From an uncultured Fibrobacteria bacterium (GTDB taxonomy: Bacteria > Fibrobacterota > Fibrobacteria > UBA11236), in assembly GCA_963716395.1 (NCBI GenBank), contig OY970309.1, positions 2,464,001 to 2,528,000 on the forward strand: 64,000 nucleotides of DNA, in the 5' to 3' direction. The notes beneath the pieces are model-generated. The model was given only the letters and a program-made list of their open reading frames with translations, had not been told where the DNA came from and did not search any database. The position numbers were made by a program, and so were the translations under genes. Positions 40,558-52,339 of the stretch are shown here, piece by piece; the first letter of the stretch is position 1, and each line of letters starts with the position of its first letter.

Positions 40558-42203
40558 GGCCCCTTCCCTTCGGCCAAGGAGTCCGCCGGGGAAAGCCGCA
40601 GGTCGAATAGCGCAAAGCGATGCGGCAGGTTTCTCGCACGGTAACGCGCGATGAATTCGGGATCGAAGGCGTCGGCCAGAATCATGCCCGGGGACAATTC
40701 GGCCGTGAAGACCTCGACCGGCCGCACGTGCGACGCCAGGGAATCGAGGCGGGGGGCGCGGCTCCACTTGGGAAAACGGCAAGTAGCATCCCAGATGAAC
40801 CAGTCGCCCCGGCGCGCGGATCGGTCGATGCGTCGACCCAACTCATACCGCAAAATGCCGTGGGCATAACCGCCAGTCAAAAACGTGTCAGCGATCACGC
40901 CTCCCCGGGCGTCCTGATCGGCGGCCAGATGAGCCGCGGCGGTTTTCCAGGGCGAAACGGCCCGCATCAGGGCGAACAGTCGCGGGGATTGCACGGCGAA
41001 CAGGGCGATCAAAACGAAACCGGCCACGACGGTAACGCGCTTGTAACCTAAGGTACGCTCCAGTCGCAAGCAGGCCAGGCCTGCGCCTTCGGCGGCGCCC
41101 ACACACAAGGCCGGCAAGGCCGGCGCGAAACTGCGCGGCGCCGGGTAGCCGAACCAAGTCCAAAGCGCCGCGGGCACCAGGATGAAAAGCAGCCAGACGC
41201 GTGCGATCGCGTCGCCCCGCAGCGTCCGCCAGCCAAGATGCAGGCAGCCCGCCATCAGCACGGAGGCAAACAGGGGATGCTCTTGGCGGAACAGGAAGAT
41301 GGGTAAAAACGCCGGGGATAAGGCCCGTTGCGGACCGCCATGCCACAAAAAAATCTGGTTATACAATTGCGTGAAATACGTTTCCAATTGAAAAGCGATG
41401 GCGGCGCCGGCCTTCGCCTGATGGCGGAAGGCCCAGAGCAGGCCGTATTTCCAAGCCCAACTTAAAGCCTCGAATCCCAGGACCGGCAGTGCCATCCAGA
41501 ACGCGGCGCGGGTTAGCGATCGTACCCGACCGGTCACGGTCGAAACCTCTTTCCAGGTTTCCCCGGCCAACAGGCACCCGACCAGGGACGGCAGCCAGAA
41601 GAGGTTGTAATGCGAGGTGAAGGCTATTCCGGCGGCCAGGCAAAGCGCCGCGCGTTGTCGGGCGGAGCGCGGCGCTGCGCTCCGCCGGGGTAAAAGCCAG
41701 AGGACGACGCACACGGTCAGCATGCTTACGGCCTCGGTCAAGGCGCAGCGCGAATATTGCACGTGCCACAGCGAAATCCCGAGCAAGGCGGCGGCGAAAA
41801 GTCCGCTCCATTTTTCCCCGGCGACCGGAATCCGGAGCATCAGCGCTACCGATGCCAGGCCCGCCACGGCGGAGATGCCTTGCGCCACGGCCACCGAATC
41901 ACCGAACAAAAATGCCCCGACGACGAGCAGGCTTTCATGCAGCGGCCGGGCATGCAGCCACGGGCTGCCGCCAGCCTGCCACAAGGCGTGGGCATCGGCC
42001 AGCAGGGCATGCGCATCGATCCGCCCATGCAGCAATTGCTCCAGCAGGGCGCGCAGTAGGCCGCCGAAGTAGCGGCCGTTGCCGACGAACATAGCTTCGT
42101 CGAAGTAGTAGAGTCCGCGTTGGGGCAGGTTCCAGAAGCGAATCAACGCCGAGAGGGCGATGACCATGCCACCCAGGCCGCGCCACCCGGCGCGGGGGTT
42201 CAT
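40554..42203 (-). CDS. GT-C membrane glycosyltransferase (ArnT/PMT-like)
   Basis: IRFWNL...YYFDEA, ARPLH, HVQYSR...TE; multiple TM helices. Confidence 0.78.
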   Translation of the reverse strand: MNPRAGWRGLGGMVIALSALIRFWNLPQRGLYYFDEAMFVGNGRYFGGLLRALLEQLLHGRIDAHALLADAHALWQAGGSPWLHARPLHESLLVVGAFLFGDSVAVAQGISAVAGLASVALMLRIPVAGEKWSGLFAAALLGISLWHVQYSRCALTEAVSMLTVCVVLWLLPRRSAAPRSARQRAALCLAAGIAFTSHYNLFWLPSLVGCLLAGETWKEVSTVTGRVRSLTRAAFWMALPVLGFEALSWAWKYGLLWAFRHQAKAGAAIAFQLETYFTQLYNQIFLWHGGPQRALSPAFLPIFLFRQEHPLFASVLMAGCLHLGWRTLRGDAIARVWLLFILVPAALWTWFGYPAPRSFAPALPALCVGAAEGAGLACLRLERTLGYKRVTVVAGFVLIALFAVQSPRLFALMRAVSPWKTAAAHLAADQDARGGVIADTFLTGGYAHGILRYELGRRIDRSARRGDWFIWDATCRFPKWSRAPRLDSLASHVRPVEVFTAELSPGMILADAFDPEFIARYRARNLPHRFALFDLRLSPADSLAEGKGP

Positions 42204-43060
42204 GCCGCCCATCCGACGGCGGCCTGCGGACCCGCGAACACCACGTGGCCGTAACGTTTTCCCGGCAGACGAGACGGCAAAACCCCGGGATCGGGCAAAG
42301 GTTCCAGGCGGCGTCGGGGTTCGTCGACCCAGGCGAGTCGAAAGCGCAAATCGATCAAATCAGCGAGTATCGCAACCGGATCTTCGCCGGCTTGGGCCAG
42401 CCCATAGGGCCAGAATTCCAGCAGTCCCTGCAGGCGCGGGTTAGCCTGCAACAACCCGCGCATGCCCCGCAAGGCGCGGCCTTCGCCGCCTTGAATGTCG
42501 AGCTTGACGCAGTCGACGCGGAACTGATCGTGCAGAAACTCGTCCAGCGCCACCATGGAAATGGGTTGGAGCGCAGTTTGGCCGTCCCGGGTTTTTCGCA
42601 CGCGGTGGTCGCCGCTGTTGCAGGCGGAACGTTGTAAATACGCCGGTGCCGTCGCGTCGCCGGCCGCCAAGCCCAAGGCACGCACATTGGCGGCACCGTT
42701 GGCGAGCAGGTTCTCCGTCAGCGCCGCATGGTTCACGGGATCGGCTTCGAAAGCGAAGACGTTTCCGTTGGGGCCGACCCAATCGGAAAAGGCCAGGGTA
42801 TAAAGACCCAGATTGGCCCCGAGGTCCAACGCCGTACCGCCGGCCAGACACATGGGGCGCAGGACTTCGAGCAGAAAAGCATCCGGGGCGAACAGGCGGT
42901 GCGTTTGCAAATACAACCAGCGATCCAGGCAGGGCGCGCGCATGGTCCGGCCGCCGAGGGTGACGGCGAACCGGTGCCAGGGAAAAGGGAGGGCGTTGAC
43001 CCAGGCGCCGGCGCCTGCGACCCAGGGATTTTGCAAAAGATTCTGCCAAAGCGCCTGCAT
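42200..43060 (-). CDS. FkbM-family methyltransferase
   Basis: LDLGANLGLYT, VFAFEADP, VKLDIQGGE, EFWPYGL. Confidence 0.9.
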   Translation of the reverse strand: MQALWQNLLQNPWVAGAGAWVNALPFPWHRFAVTLGGRTMRAPCLDRWLYLQTHRLFAPDAFLLEVLRPMCLAGGTALDLGANLGLYTLAFSDWVGPNGNVFAFEADPVNHAALTENLLANGAANVRALGLAAGDATAPAYLQRSACNSGDHRVRKTRDGQTALQPISMVALDEFLHDQFRVDCVKLDIQGGEGRALRGMRGLLQANPRLQGLLEFWPYGLAQAGEDPVAILADLIDLRFRLAWVDEPRRRLEPLPDPGVLPSRLPGKRYGHVVFAGPQAAVGWAA

Positions 43061-43196
43061 GGGGGCCGAAGCGTCGATGCCGGATTATACCATGCTCCGT
43101 GGTTGCCGCACGATGTAAAGCCACCCGGGCCGAATCCTTGGTCGTGGACCGGGGCGCGGATTCGGCTTCGGATTTCGGCACCCTTCCTCTGGCACC

Positions 43197-43226
43197 TTGA
43201 CAAGCTCTTGCAACGAGAGTGATATT
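43197..43226 (+). promoter_or_regulatory. Promoter TTGACA-N18-GATATT driving a leaderless leader ORF
   Basis: Perfect -35 at 43197-43202; -10-like box at 43221-43226 lies 6 nt before ATG 43233. Confidence 0.6.
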
Positions 43227-43232
43227 GGGTGC

Positions 43233-43343
43233 ATGACTTCGGTCCAAATCCGGTTTTCACTATCCGTGCAGCTTCCGATTGCCGCCCCCAAAAAAGGCCT
43301 GGCTTGGATTGTGCGCGCGCATGCGGGAGAGGGAGCGGGTTAG
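43233..43343 (+). CDS. Putative attenuator leader peptide of the EamA transporter
   Basis: MTSVQIRFSLSVQLPIAAPKKGLAWIVRAHAGEGAG*; final codons AGGGAGCGGGTT pair with GGCCCGCTCCCT of the terminator. Confidence 0.68.
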   Translation: MTSVQIRFSLSVQLPIAAPKKGLAWIVRAHAGEGAG

Positions 43344-43368
43344 CCGGGTCGGATAACCAATCAGGTCG

Positions 43369-43406
43369 AAAAGGCCCGCTCCCTTTCCGGGGGGCGGGCC
43401 TTTTTT
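43369..43406 (+). terminator. Intrinsic terminator (attenuator) 14 nt before the EamA start
   Basis: AAAAGGCCCGCTCCC-tttcc-GGGGGGCGGGCC-TTTTTT. Confidence 0.88.
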
Positions 43407-43420
43407 GTTTGGGGGAAAAA

Positions 43421-44326
43421 ATGTCGGCATCTCGATCTTCGCCCTATGTGGGTTATGGCGCCGCGGTCTTATCTGCCGTGCTCTTCTCCATGAAGGGCAT
43501 CTTCATCAAGCTCGCCTATGCGGCCCAGGCCACGCCCCTGGATTTCGTGGCTTTGCGGTTCGGCTTTGCCATGCCGGTTTTCGCGTGGATCGCCTGGAAA
43601 GGGGGTAATACCGGAGCTACGGCGCCCCGGCCAGCGGCCAAGGATTGGGCCTTGACTGCGCTCGCGGCCCTGTTGGGCTATTACGCCGCCAGCTTCATGG
43701 ATTTCGAGGGCTTGCGTTTTATTTCCGTGGGATTGGAACGCATCATCTTGTACTTGCATCCAACCTTGGTGGTGCTTTTGATCGCCGCCTTGGGGCGCCG
43801 CCGCATTCGCCGCGTCACTTGGGCGGCGCTCGGCTGTTCTTATCTCGGATTGGCCCTGTGCTTCTCGGATGAGATCCGGGTTACGGATCACCACGGAACC
43901 TGGTTGGGAGCGGGGCTGATCCTCGGTTCCGCGGCCTGTTATGCTCTGTTCCTGGTATTGGCCGAAGGACTGATTTCCCGCATCGGGACTCATCGCTTCA
44001 CCGCCACGGGAATGTTGATCGCCACCGTGATTTTCGTGTTTCAAGACTTGGTCCACAACCCCCATTCGTTTTTGGGGTATGGCCCGCGGGTGTACGGATT
44101 GGCCCTGGGCATGGCGGTGGTGGGCACTTTGCTTCCGGTGTATTTGTTCGGCGTCGCGCTGCAAAGGATTGGGGCGTCGCGCCTGTGCATCGCCGGCATG
44201 GTCGGACCCGTTTCCGTGCTTCCCCTGGCGGGATTTTTCCTCGGGGAATCTGCGGGAGTATTGAAATGGGTGGGGTTTGCCTTCACGCTGGTCGGTGGAA
44301 TCATCCTGACCCGGGAAAAAAAATGA
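43421..44326 (+). CDS. DMT/EamA family transporter
   Basis: Ten TM helices; FSMKGIFIKLAY, ALRF, GLRFISVGLERIILYLHP; start MSASRSS lies after the terminator (ORF-track start 43229 rejected). Confidence 0.9.
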   Translation: MSASRSSPYVGYGAAVLSAVLFSMKGIFIKLAYAAQATPLDFVALRFGFAMPVFAWIAWKGGNTGATAPRPAAKDWALTALAALLGYYAASFMDFEGLRFISVGLERIILYLHPTLVVLLIAALGRRRIRRVTWAALGCSYLGLALCFSDEIRVTDHHGTWLGAGLILGSAACYALFLVLAEGLISRIGTHRFTATGMLIATVIFVFQDLVHNPHSFLGYGPRVYGLALGMAVVGTLLPVYLFGVALQRIGASRLCIAGMVGPVSVLPLAGFFLGESAGVLKWVGFAFTLVGGIILTREKK

Positions 44327-44399
44327 ATGGTAGGTCGCGCTTCGCGCCGCTACGCTTCGACCAAGCGTGGGGGCGCGAACCGGCCTCCGCCCGGCTTCC

Positions 44400-45167
44400 T
44401 CAGGAATGACGGCTTTTTTCTTCCGCCAGCATTTCCAGCCAACGCCGCAGTTCCGCCAACTCGAATTGGCCGCGCGGGTTTTCGTCGGGGTGGATCATCA
44501 GCTCGAAGTTTTGCTGCGGATTTTGCGCCACGCGCTGGGCGAACGACTGAAAGGCTGCGGCGGTGAAATGCAGGCTGGCACCCACCCCGAAAAAATGCTC
44601 GTCCGCCCCATGGCGCCGCAGCCAGGCCAAAGTTTGCAAAGCCAGACCAAAGGGGAAATTTTTGCGGGCGGCGTGCCCGGTGCCTTCCCAAGGCACGCGC
44701 AACCTCGGAATGGAAAACTCGCCCTGCAAGCGCCGGCCCACCACCCACAGGCCCGGCAGCACATGCACGTGCTGGTGGCTGTCGAGATGGGAAAGAGTGC
44801 GGCCGCCGAGCCGCTCCCGCAGGAGTTGGATTTGCGCGCGCCATTCCTGGTAGACGGCCGCAGGGGCGATTTTTCCCCGGAGATAGGCGCGCAAAAAGGC
44901 ACGGTAATCGCTGGGTGGTCCGTCGGAAAAGCCCGGGGGCTTGGTCAGGAAGGGGACCTCCAAAAAGGTGAGATGGGCGCCGATGCGCAGCTCCGGCCGC
45001 GCCGCCACGGCGCGCAACCGGGATGCGGTTTGCGCATCGGAAAAAGGCGTGACGCTGATTGAATTGATCAACCCCGCCTCCGCCGCAGCCGTGATGGCGC
45101 GCGAAACGGAAGGCGAAAGGCCGAAGTCGTCGGCATTAACGCGCAAGTTACCCGGAATCGGTATCAT
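44400..45167 (-). CDS. YdjC/ChbG-family carbohydrate deacetylase
   Basis: VNADDFG, GAHL, HLDSHQHVH, ELMIHP; ATGA overlap gives start 45167. Confidence 0.88.
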   Translation of the reverse strand: MIPIPGNLRVNADDFGLSPSVSRAITAAAEAGLINSISVTPFSDAQTASRLRAVAARPELRIGAHLTFLEVPFLTKPPGFSDGPPSDYRAFLRAYLRGKIAPAAVYQEWRAQIQLLRERLGGRTLSHLDSHQHVHVLPGLWVVGRRLQGEFSIPRLRVPWEGTGHAARKNFPFGLALQTLAWLRRHGADEHFFGVGASLHFTAAAFQSFAQRVAQNPQQNFELMIHPDENPRGQFELAELRRWLEMLAEEKSRHS

Positions 45168-45943
45168 GGAGCGGTCGGAATTTCCGCGAGCCTCGGCTGT
45201 TGCAGCAAGGCCTCGATGGCCGTGGCCAGAAATTCTTCGCAACCTCCGGCCGCGGGCAACGGCAGGGTCGGCCAACCGAATTTGAGGCGGTAATCGGGTC
45301 GCGAGAAATAGCGGTCCAGGGCGCACAGGCAAAGTCCTGCCGCCGTGGCTCCGCGCCGGAAGCGGCGCAGCGAGAAACGGGTGGCGAACACCGATGCCAT
45401 GTCCCGTTCCAGTGCGGCTTGCTGCTTGTAGGCATTGCCCCGCAAGGTCACGAGACGGCGGAACCAGGGCTCGGGCAAGAGGTGAATCCACGGCAGCCGC
45501 GCCCAAAGCCCCTGGCCATTATGCTGGTGGCCGCCGAAGGGCCCGGCAAACGGGGCGAAACTGGCGAACAGGTAACCTCCCGGTTTCAGCAGGCGGGCGG
45601 CCCGTTCCAGGGCCGCTTCGGGGCGGACGATGTGCTCCAGCACGTCGCGCATCAAAATCAAGTCATAGGGACCGCCGCTCCAGTCGAAAAAATCGTCCGC
45701 GGAAAGAGCCACGGCGGCGGGCAGGCGGCCGCGGCCGGCGGCGATCATGGTCGGGTCGAGGTCGATGCCGTGCACGGCCCAATCGGGCGCGGCGGCATGC
45801 AAGGCTTGCAGGGTGCCGCCGTAGCCGCAACCCACGTCGAGAACGGCGCCGCACGCCGGCAAGGCGCCGTGACCCCGCAGCCAGGGCAAGAGATGGACGC
45901 GCGCCAAATCGGCCTCGTAGCGGAAATAATCGGTGATGGCCAT
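45164..45943 (-). CDS. Class I SAM-dependent methyltransferase
   Basis: VLDVGCGYGG, YDLILMRDVLEH, PFGGHQH. Confidence 0.88.
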   Translation of the reverse strand: MAITDYFRYEADLARVHLLPWLRGHGALPACGAVLDVGCGYGGTLQALHAAAPDWAVHGIDLDPTMIAAGRGRLPAAVALSADDFFDWSGGPYDLILMRDVLEHIVRPEAALERAARLLKPGGYLFASFAPFAGPFGGHQHNGQGLWARLPWIHLLPEPWFRRLVTLRGNAYKQQAALERDMASVFATRFSLRRFRRGATAAGLCLCALDRYFSRPDYRLKFGWPTLPLPAAGGCEEFLATAIEALLQQPRLAEIPTAP

Positions 45944-46193
45944 GCGGCTCCCGCGTCATTGTCCGCTTTTTTCGCGCCGCGGAAAAGGGGCGGAACCAAC
46001 GAATTCTTTTTGCTTCAGGTCGTTCCCATCTCACCGGCGGTACGCGGCGATCACGAATCGTTCCTGCTTCGTTTTTTGTCGTCGCGACCGTGCCCGGTTG
46101 GAAAACCCTTGTATTTATGGTTCCCGCCATGGGTAACACGCAAGTTGCCAGGCGCGGGTGGGCGCAGTCGTTGCCCGCAGCCGGGAGGGAGAT

Positions 46194-46652
46194 ATGAAAA
46201 CATCGTCGGAGTTCTCGTGTACGCGCCGAGAATTTTTTGCCCGGGCCGCGGGGGTCGCGGCCGTCGCCTTGGCCGGCGGTTACTTCGAGGGCTGCGCCTT
46301 GAAGCCGGTGGGACCGCCGTCTTCGGGCACCACCACCGTGAATCTTTCCAATCCCAAGTACGCCGCCTTGCTTTCCCCGGGCGGGGCCATGAAAGTGCCT
46401 TGGAAAAGCAATGAATTGCCGATTATCGTGCGCTGCCGCGGCACGGGCGTTTACGAAGCCTATTCCTCTTCCTGCCCGCATGCCGGTTGCGAAGTCACCT
46501 TGCCCGACGCGTCGGGCATCATCGATTGCAATTGCCACGGCTCGGAATTCAATGCCGACGGCCAACTCTTGCGGGGGCCAGCGCGCAGCAATCTGTATCC
46601 CGCCTCTTCGGTCAGTCTTTCCGGCAACACCCTCACCATCACCTTTGGATAA
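46194..46652 (+). CDS. Tat-exported Rieske [2Fe-2S] lipoprotein
   Basis: TRREFF Tat motif, FEGC lipobox, CPHAGC and CNCHGSEF ligands, GPA. Confidence 0.88.
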   Translation: MKTSSEFSCTRREFFARAAGVAAVALAGGYFEGCALKPVGPPSSGTTTVNLSNPKYAALLSPGGAMKVPWKSNELPIIVRCRGTGVYEAYSSSCPHAGCEVTLPDASGIIDCNCHGSEFNADGQLLRGPARSNLYPASSVSLSGNTLTITFG

Positions 46653-46654
46653 GC

Positions 46655-47446
46655 ATGCCTGCTTCCGCGAAGTTTTTCCTCGTATCGTTTCTGGGCTGGG
46701 GGGCGTTTTCCGCCGCGGCCGGGACCAATTCGCCGCTTCCGGGGTCGGACGAAGCCGCACGTCCCGAGGCGGTTTCGGCGGCGCCCGGTGTTCCTGGGGA
46801 GGCGACGGTTGCCACCGTGATCGCCCTTCCCGTCGACAGCGCATCGTCCGCGGCGGTTCCGCCGGCGATGGTGCCCGCGCTCGGCGCCACCGAGGCCGGC
46901 GCCGCGTTGGACACGATTCCGCTTCTTCCCGATCACATCAGTCCCATTGAAAAACTGCTGTGGGGCGAGCATGGGTGGGTGCGATCCTTGGCCTCGGATC
47001 CGCTTAATAAGGAAGATCGCGAAAAAGAAATGCGCGTGCGCCGCGCCATGCTCACCACCCATCAAATCATGGGGTTCTGCACGCTCGGGTCGTTGATCAC
47101 CACGCTGGTGTATGGGCAAATGGTGCTCGACGGCCGCGGCGATATGCGCCGCTCGCATTTCATGTGGGCCGACATCTCCATCGCTTCCTATTCCCTCACG
47201 GCCCTACTGGCCCTGGCCTCGCCGCCGCCGCTGGTGCGGCGACCGGGCTGGAACACGATCAAATGGCATAAAGCTCTGGCTTGCGTGCATTTCACCGGCA
47301 TGGTGTTGACACCCATTCTGGGATCGATCATCAAAGGCCAGATCCGCCAGGGCGAAAACCCGGTGGGGTTGGAGCGGTTCCACCAGATTTCGGGATATGT
47401 CACCACTTCGGCCTTGGCCGCGGCCATGATGGTCGTTACGTTTTAG
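46655..47446 (+). CDS. Membrane protein with conserved His in four TM helices (cytochrome b561-like)
   Basis: Signal peptide then THQIMG, RSHFMWA, KWHKALACVH, RFHQISG. Confidence 0.6.
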   Translation: MPASAKFFLVSFLGWGAFSAAAGTNSPLPGSDEAARPEAVSAAPGVPGEATVATVIALPVDSASSAAVPPAMVPALGATEAGAALDTIPLLPDHISPIEKLLWGEHGWVRSLASDPLNKEDREKEMRVRRAMLTTHQIMGFCTLGSLITTLVYGQMVLDGRGDMRRSHFMWADISIASYSLTALLALASPPPLVRRPGWNTIKWHKALACVHFTGMVLTPILGSIIKGQIRQGENPVGLERFHQISGYVTTSALAAAMMVVTF

Positions 47447-47455
47447 GAGGATCTC

Positions 47456-48022
47456 ATGCGTCCCTTTTACATCGCCCTGGCCGTGTTGGCCCTGCCCTTC
47501 GGTCTGCGCGCGAAAACCTATCAGGCCGTGCGGGGCGAATCGACCCTGACCTATGTGCTGGTGCATCCGCTGCACGTCATCCGCGGGGTGAACAAGAATT
47601 TCGACTGCACCGTGGAAATGCCCGAAGATCCGCCCCAGGATTTTTCCCGGGTGCGCATCCATGCCGTGGCCGATGTACTCGGCTTCAATACCGGCAATTC
47701 TAACCGCGATTCCCACGCCATGGAAGTGGTCGATGCCATGCGCTATCCCAAGGTCGAATTCACCGGGACGGCCGTGGGCCCCGAAGGCCACGGGTACCGG
47801 GTCGCCGGCCGATTGCGCTTTCACGGGCAGGAACATCCCGTGAGTTTTGTAATGATTCCGACCTTCGCGGGCCGCAAGGTGACGCTCACCGGCGCATTCA
47901 CCGTGCTGCTTTCCGACTACGGCGTGCCGCGCCCCTCTTTGCTGCTCATTCCCGTGCACAACGAGATGCAGATTCTCATCAAAGCCGTGGCTTACCGCGA
48001 TTCATCCGCGTCCGGTTCCTAG
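47456..48022 (+). CDS. YceI family polyisoprenoid-binding protein
   Basis: HPLHVIRG, FNTGNSNRDSH, YPKVEF, GRLRFHG, SDYGVPRPS. Confidence 0.9.
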   Translation: MRPFYIALAVLALPFGLRAKTYQAVRGESTLTYVLVHPLHVIRGVNKNFDCTVEMPEDPPQDFSRVRIHAVADVLGFNTGNSNRDSHAMEVVDAMRYPKVEFTGTAVGPEGHGYRVAGRLRFHGQEHPVSFVMIPTFAGRKVTLTGAFTVLLSDYGVPRPSLLLIPVHNEMQILIKAVAYRDSSASGS

Positions 48023-48034
48023 GCGCGTCCGGCT

Positions 48035-48703
48035 TCATTCCGCCGGGCGCAGAATCAGGAGATCCGAAGGCGGCGTGGTGGGCAGCGGCACGGTGCGCGC
48101 CGCGGCGCCGAGCTTGCGGGCCCGCGACGCGAACCATTCCGGGTTTTCGGACGAGGCCACGGCGCCCGACGATTGGGTGTGGCCCAGGGCCACCATGATC
48201 CGTTCCTGGGCAAAGGTGCGCCAGCGTGGCCAACCGCGCAGCGCCGGCAGGATTTTGAGCAGCAGGGCGCCGTCGCGCTGCGGGGCGAGCAATCCCCAGG
48301 CGAAGGACAGCATCGCGTCCTGTAAATCCAGGGGTAACAGGTAGAATACGTCGAGCGCGACGACGGCATCGAAGTCCCGGGGCAAAGCCTTCCAGGCGCG
48401 GGCGTCGCCGGCAAAGAGGTGGAAACCGTTTACGGCGCCGGCGGCGAGCCCGGCTTGGGCCAGGGCGATTTTGCGGGCATCGATGTCGCAAGCGAAATAT
48501 TCGATCTCGGGCCGGACTTCGCGCAGATACCAGCCGAAATGTGCGAAGCCGCAACCCAGGTCGAGCAGCTTGCCCCGCAAGGGGAGATACGGCAGCAACT
48601 CGGCATAGGGGCAGCGCTGCAGCCGCTGCGCCAAGTGAAAGCGATTCCAGGTCGAAGCCGTGGGATAACGGGCGACGATGCGCCGGATGCAGGCGGAGTC
48701 CAC
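48035..48703 (-). CDS. Class I SAM-dependent methyltransferase
   Basis: LLDLGCGFA, DIDARKI, FDAVVALDVFY. Confidence 0.85.
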   Translation of the reverse strand: MDSACIRRIVARYPTASTWNRFHLAQRLQRCPYAELLPYLPLRGKLLDLGCGFAHFGWYLREVRPEIEYFACDIDARKIALAQAGLAAGAVNGFHLFAGDARAWKALPRDFDAVVALDVFYLLPLDLQDAMLSFAWGLLAPQRDGALLLKILPALRGWPRWRTFAQERIMVALGHTQSSGAVASSENPEWFASRARKLGAAARTVPLPTTPPSDLLILRPAE

Positions 48704-48716
48704 GGCCTCCAGCGTA

Positions 48717-51035
<2,319 letters not shown>

Positions 51036-51044
51036 ACAGCGAAA

Positions 51045-51266
51045 TCAGGCGCGTCCGGTACGTTTCGCCTTGGTGATCCAATCCTCGGTCAGGGGAAACT
51101 CCTTCGTTACGGGCGGCGGTGGATTGGGGACCTGGCAAGGCGCTGCCAGCGCTTCATCCAGAATGGCACGGATTTCCCCGCTCTTGGATCGATGATGCTC
51201 GTTGGCCTTGGTTTTCAGGCCTTTGGGCAACCACACGGGCAACCATTTGATGAGAAACGCGGCCAC
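51045..51266 (-). CDS. FitA/VapB-like ribbon-helix-helix antitoxin
   Basis: FLIKWLP...LKTKANEHHRSKSGEIRAILDEAL; C-terminal AKRTGRA; TG-n-TATACT 6 nt upstream. Confidence 0.72.
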   Translation of the reverse strand: MAAFLIKWLPVWLPKGLKTKANEHHRSKSGEIRAILDEALAAPCQVPNPPPPVTKEFPLTEDWITKAKRTGRA

Positions 51267-51460
51267 TCGAAAAGTATACCAAAAATATAGCGGACGGAAA
51301 TTTTCCGGCGTCGGAGCGGGAACGAAAGGCAGCCGCCATCGCGTCTTCCGGGGGACCGCCCCGTACCGCTCTGGGCGCAGGCCGTGGCACAGCGCTCGAA
51401 CCGCGCGCGAGGGGCTCGTATACTAGGATTCGTATACTTTGATGTGACGGAGGGCACAAC

Positions 51461-52330
51461 ATGAAGATCAACACCGAAGATTTCCAGGTTGCTGCCGGCA
51501 AAACCGTCGATCTTAAACAATGGCCCACGCGGGTGAAACCGTATTACGGATCGAAAGAAGCTTATCGGCATCTGCTCGGCTCCCATGTGGAAGAATTACA
51601 GGCGCTGCAGGAGTTGCTGTACGCCGCGGACAGTTACGCCCTGCTTCTGATTTTCCAGGGTATGGACGCGGCCGGAAAAGATGGGGCCATCAAGCACGTC
51701 ATGTCGGGCATCAATCCCCAGGGCTGCCAGGTGTTCAGCTTCAAGCATCCGGGCCCTGAAGATCTGGAACATGACTTTCTGTGGCGCGCCGCGCGCTGCC
51801 TGCCCGAGCGGGGCCGCATCGGTATTTTCAACCGATCCTATTATGAAGAGGCGCTGATCGTGCGCGTGCATCCGGAAATCCTGCGGGGCGAAAGAATCCC
51901 CGGCGATTTGCTGGCGGACAAAGATGTGTGGAAGCACCGCTACCGCTCCATGCTCGAATTCGAGCGGCATCTGCACGGCAACGGCACCCGCATTCGCAAA
52001 TTCTTTCTCCATCTCTCCAAAGAGGAACAACGCCGACGATTTCTCAGCCGGCTGGACGAACCCGCGAAAAACTGGAAGTTCACCATGGCCGACATCGAAG
52101 AGCGTCAATATTGGAAGCATTACATGAAGGTTTACGGAGCCTGCCTTGCGGCCACCAGTACGCGTCATGCACCCTGGTTCGTGGTGCCGGCCGACGACAA
52201 GGACAATGCTCGGCTCATCATTTCCGAAATCGTCCTAGACGCCCTGCGTGACCTGAAGATGTCTTATCCGAAGCCCGACGCTGCCCGCCGCAAAGAACTG
52301 CGGACCATCCGCGCTCGGCTGCAGAAATGA
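51461..52330 (+). CDS. ppk2: Polyphosphate kinase 2 (PPK2, class III-like)
   Basis: [47 protein letters not shown]. Confidence 0.93.
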   Translation: MKINTEDFQVAAGKTVDLKQWPTRVKPYYGSKEAYRHLLGSHVEELQALQELLYAADSYALLLIFQGMDAAGKDGAIKHVMSGINPQGCQVFSFKHPGPEDLEHDFLWRAARCLPERGRIGIFNRSYYEEALIVRVHPEILRGERIPGDLLADKDVWKHRYRSMLEFERHLHGNGTRIRKFFLHLSKEEQRRRFLSRLDEPAKNWKFTMADIEERQYWKHYMKVYGACLAATSTRHAPWFVVPADDKDNARLIISEIVLDALRDLKMSYPKPDAARRKELRTIRARLQK

Positions 52331-52339
52331 CGACGGCGG

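Noticed and set aside
43229-43420. N-terminal extension of the EamA ORF given in the track
   Set aside because: It runs through a promoter-proximal uORF and a terminator and is not hydrophobic; the start was placed at 43421.
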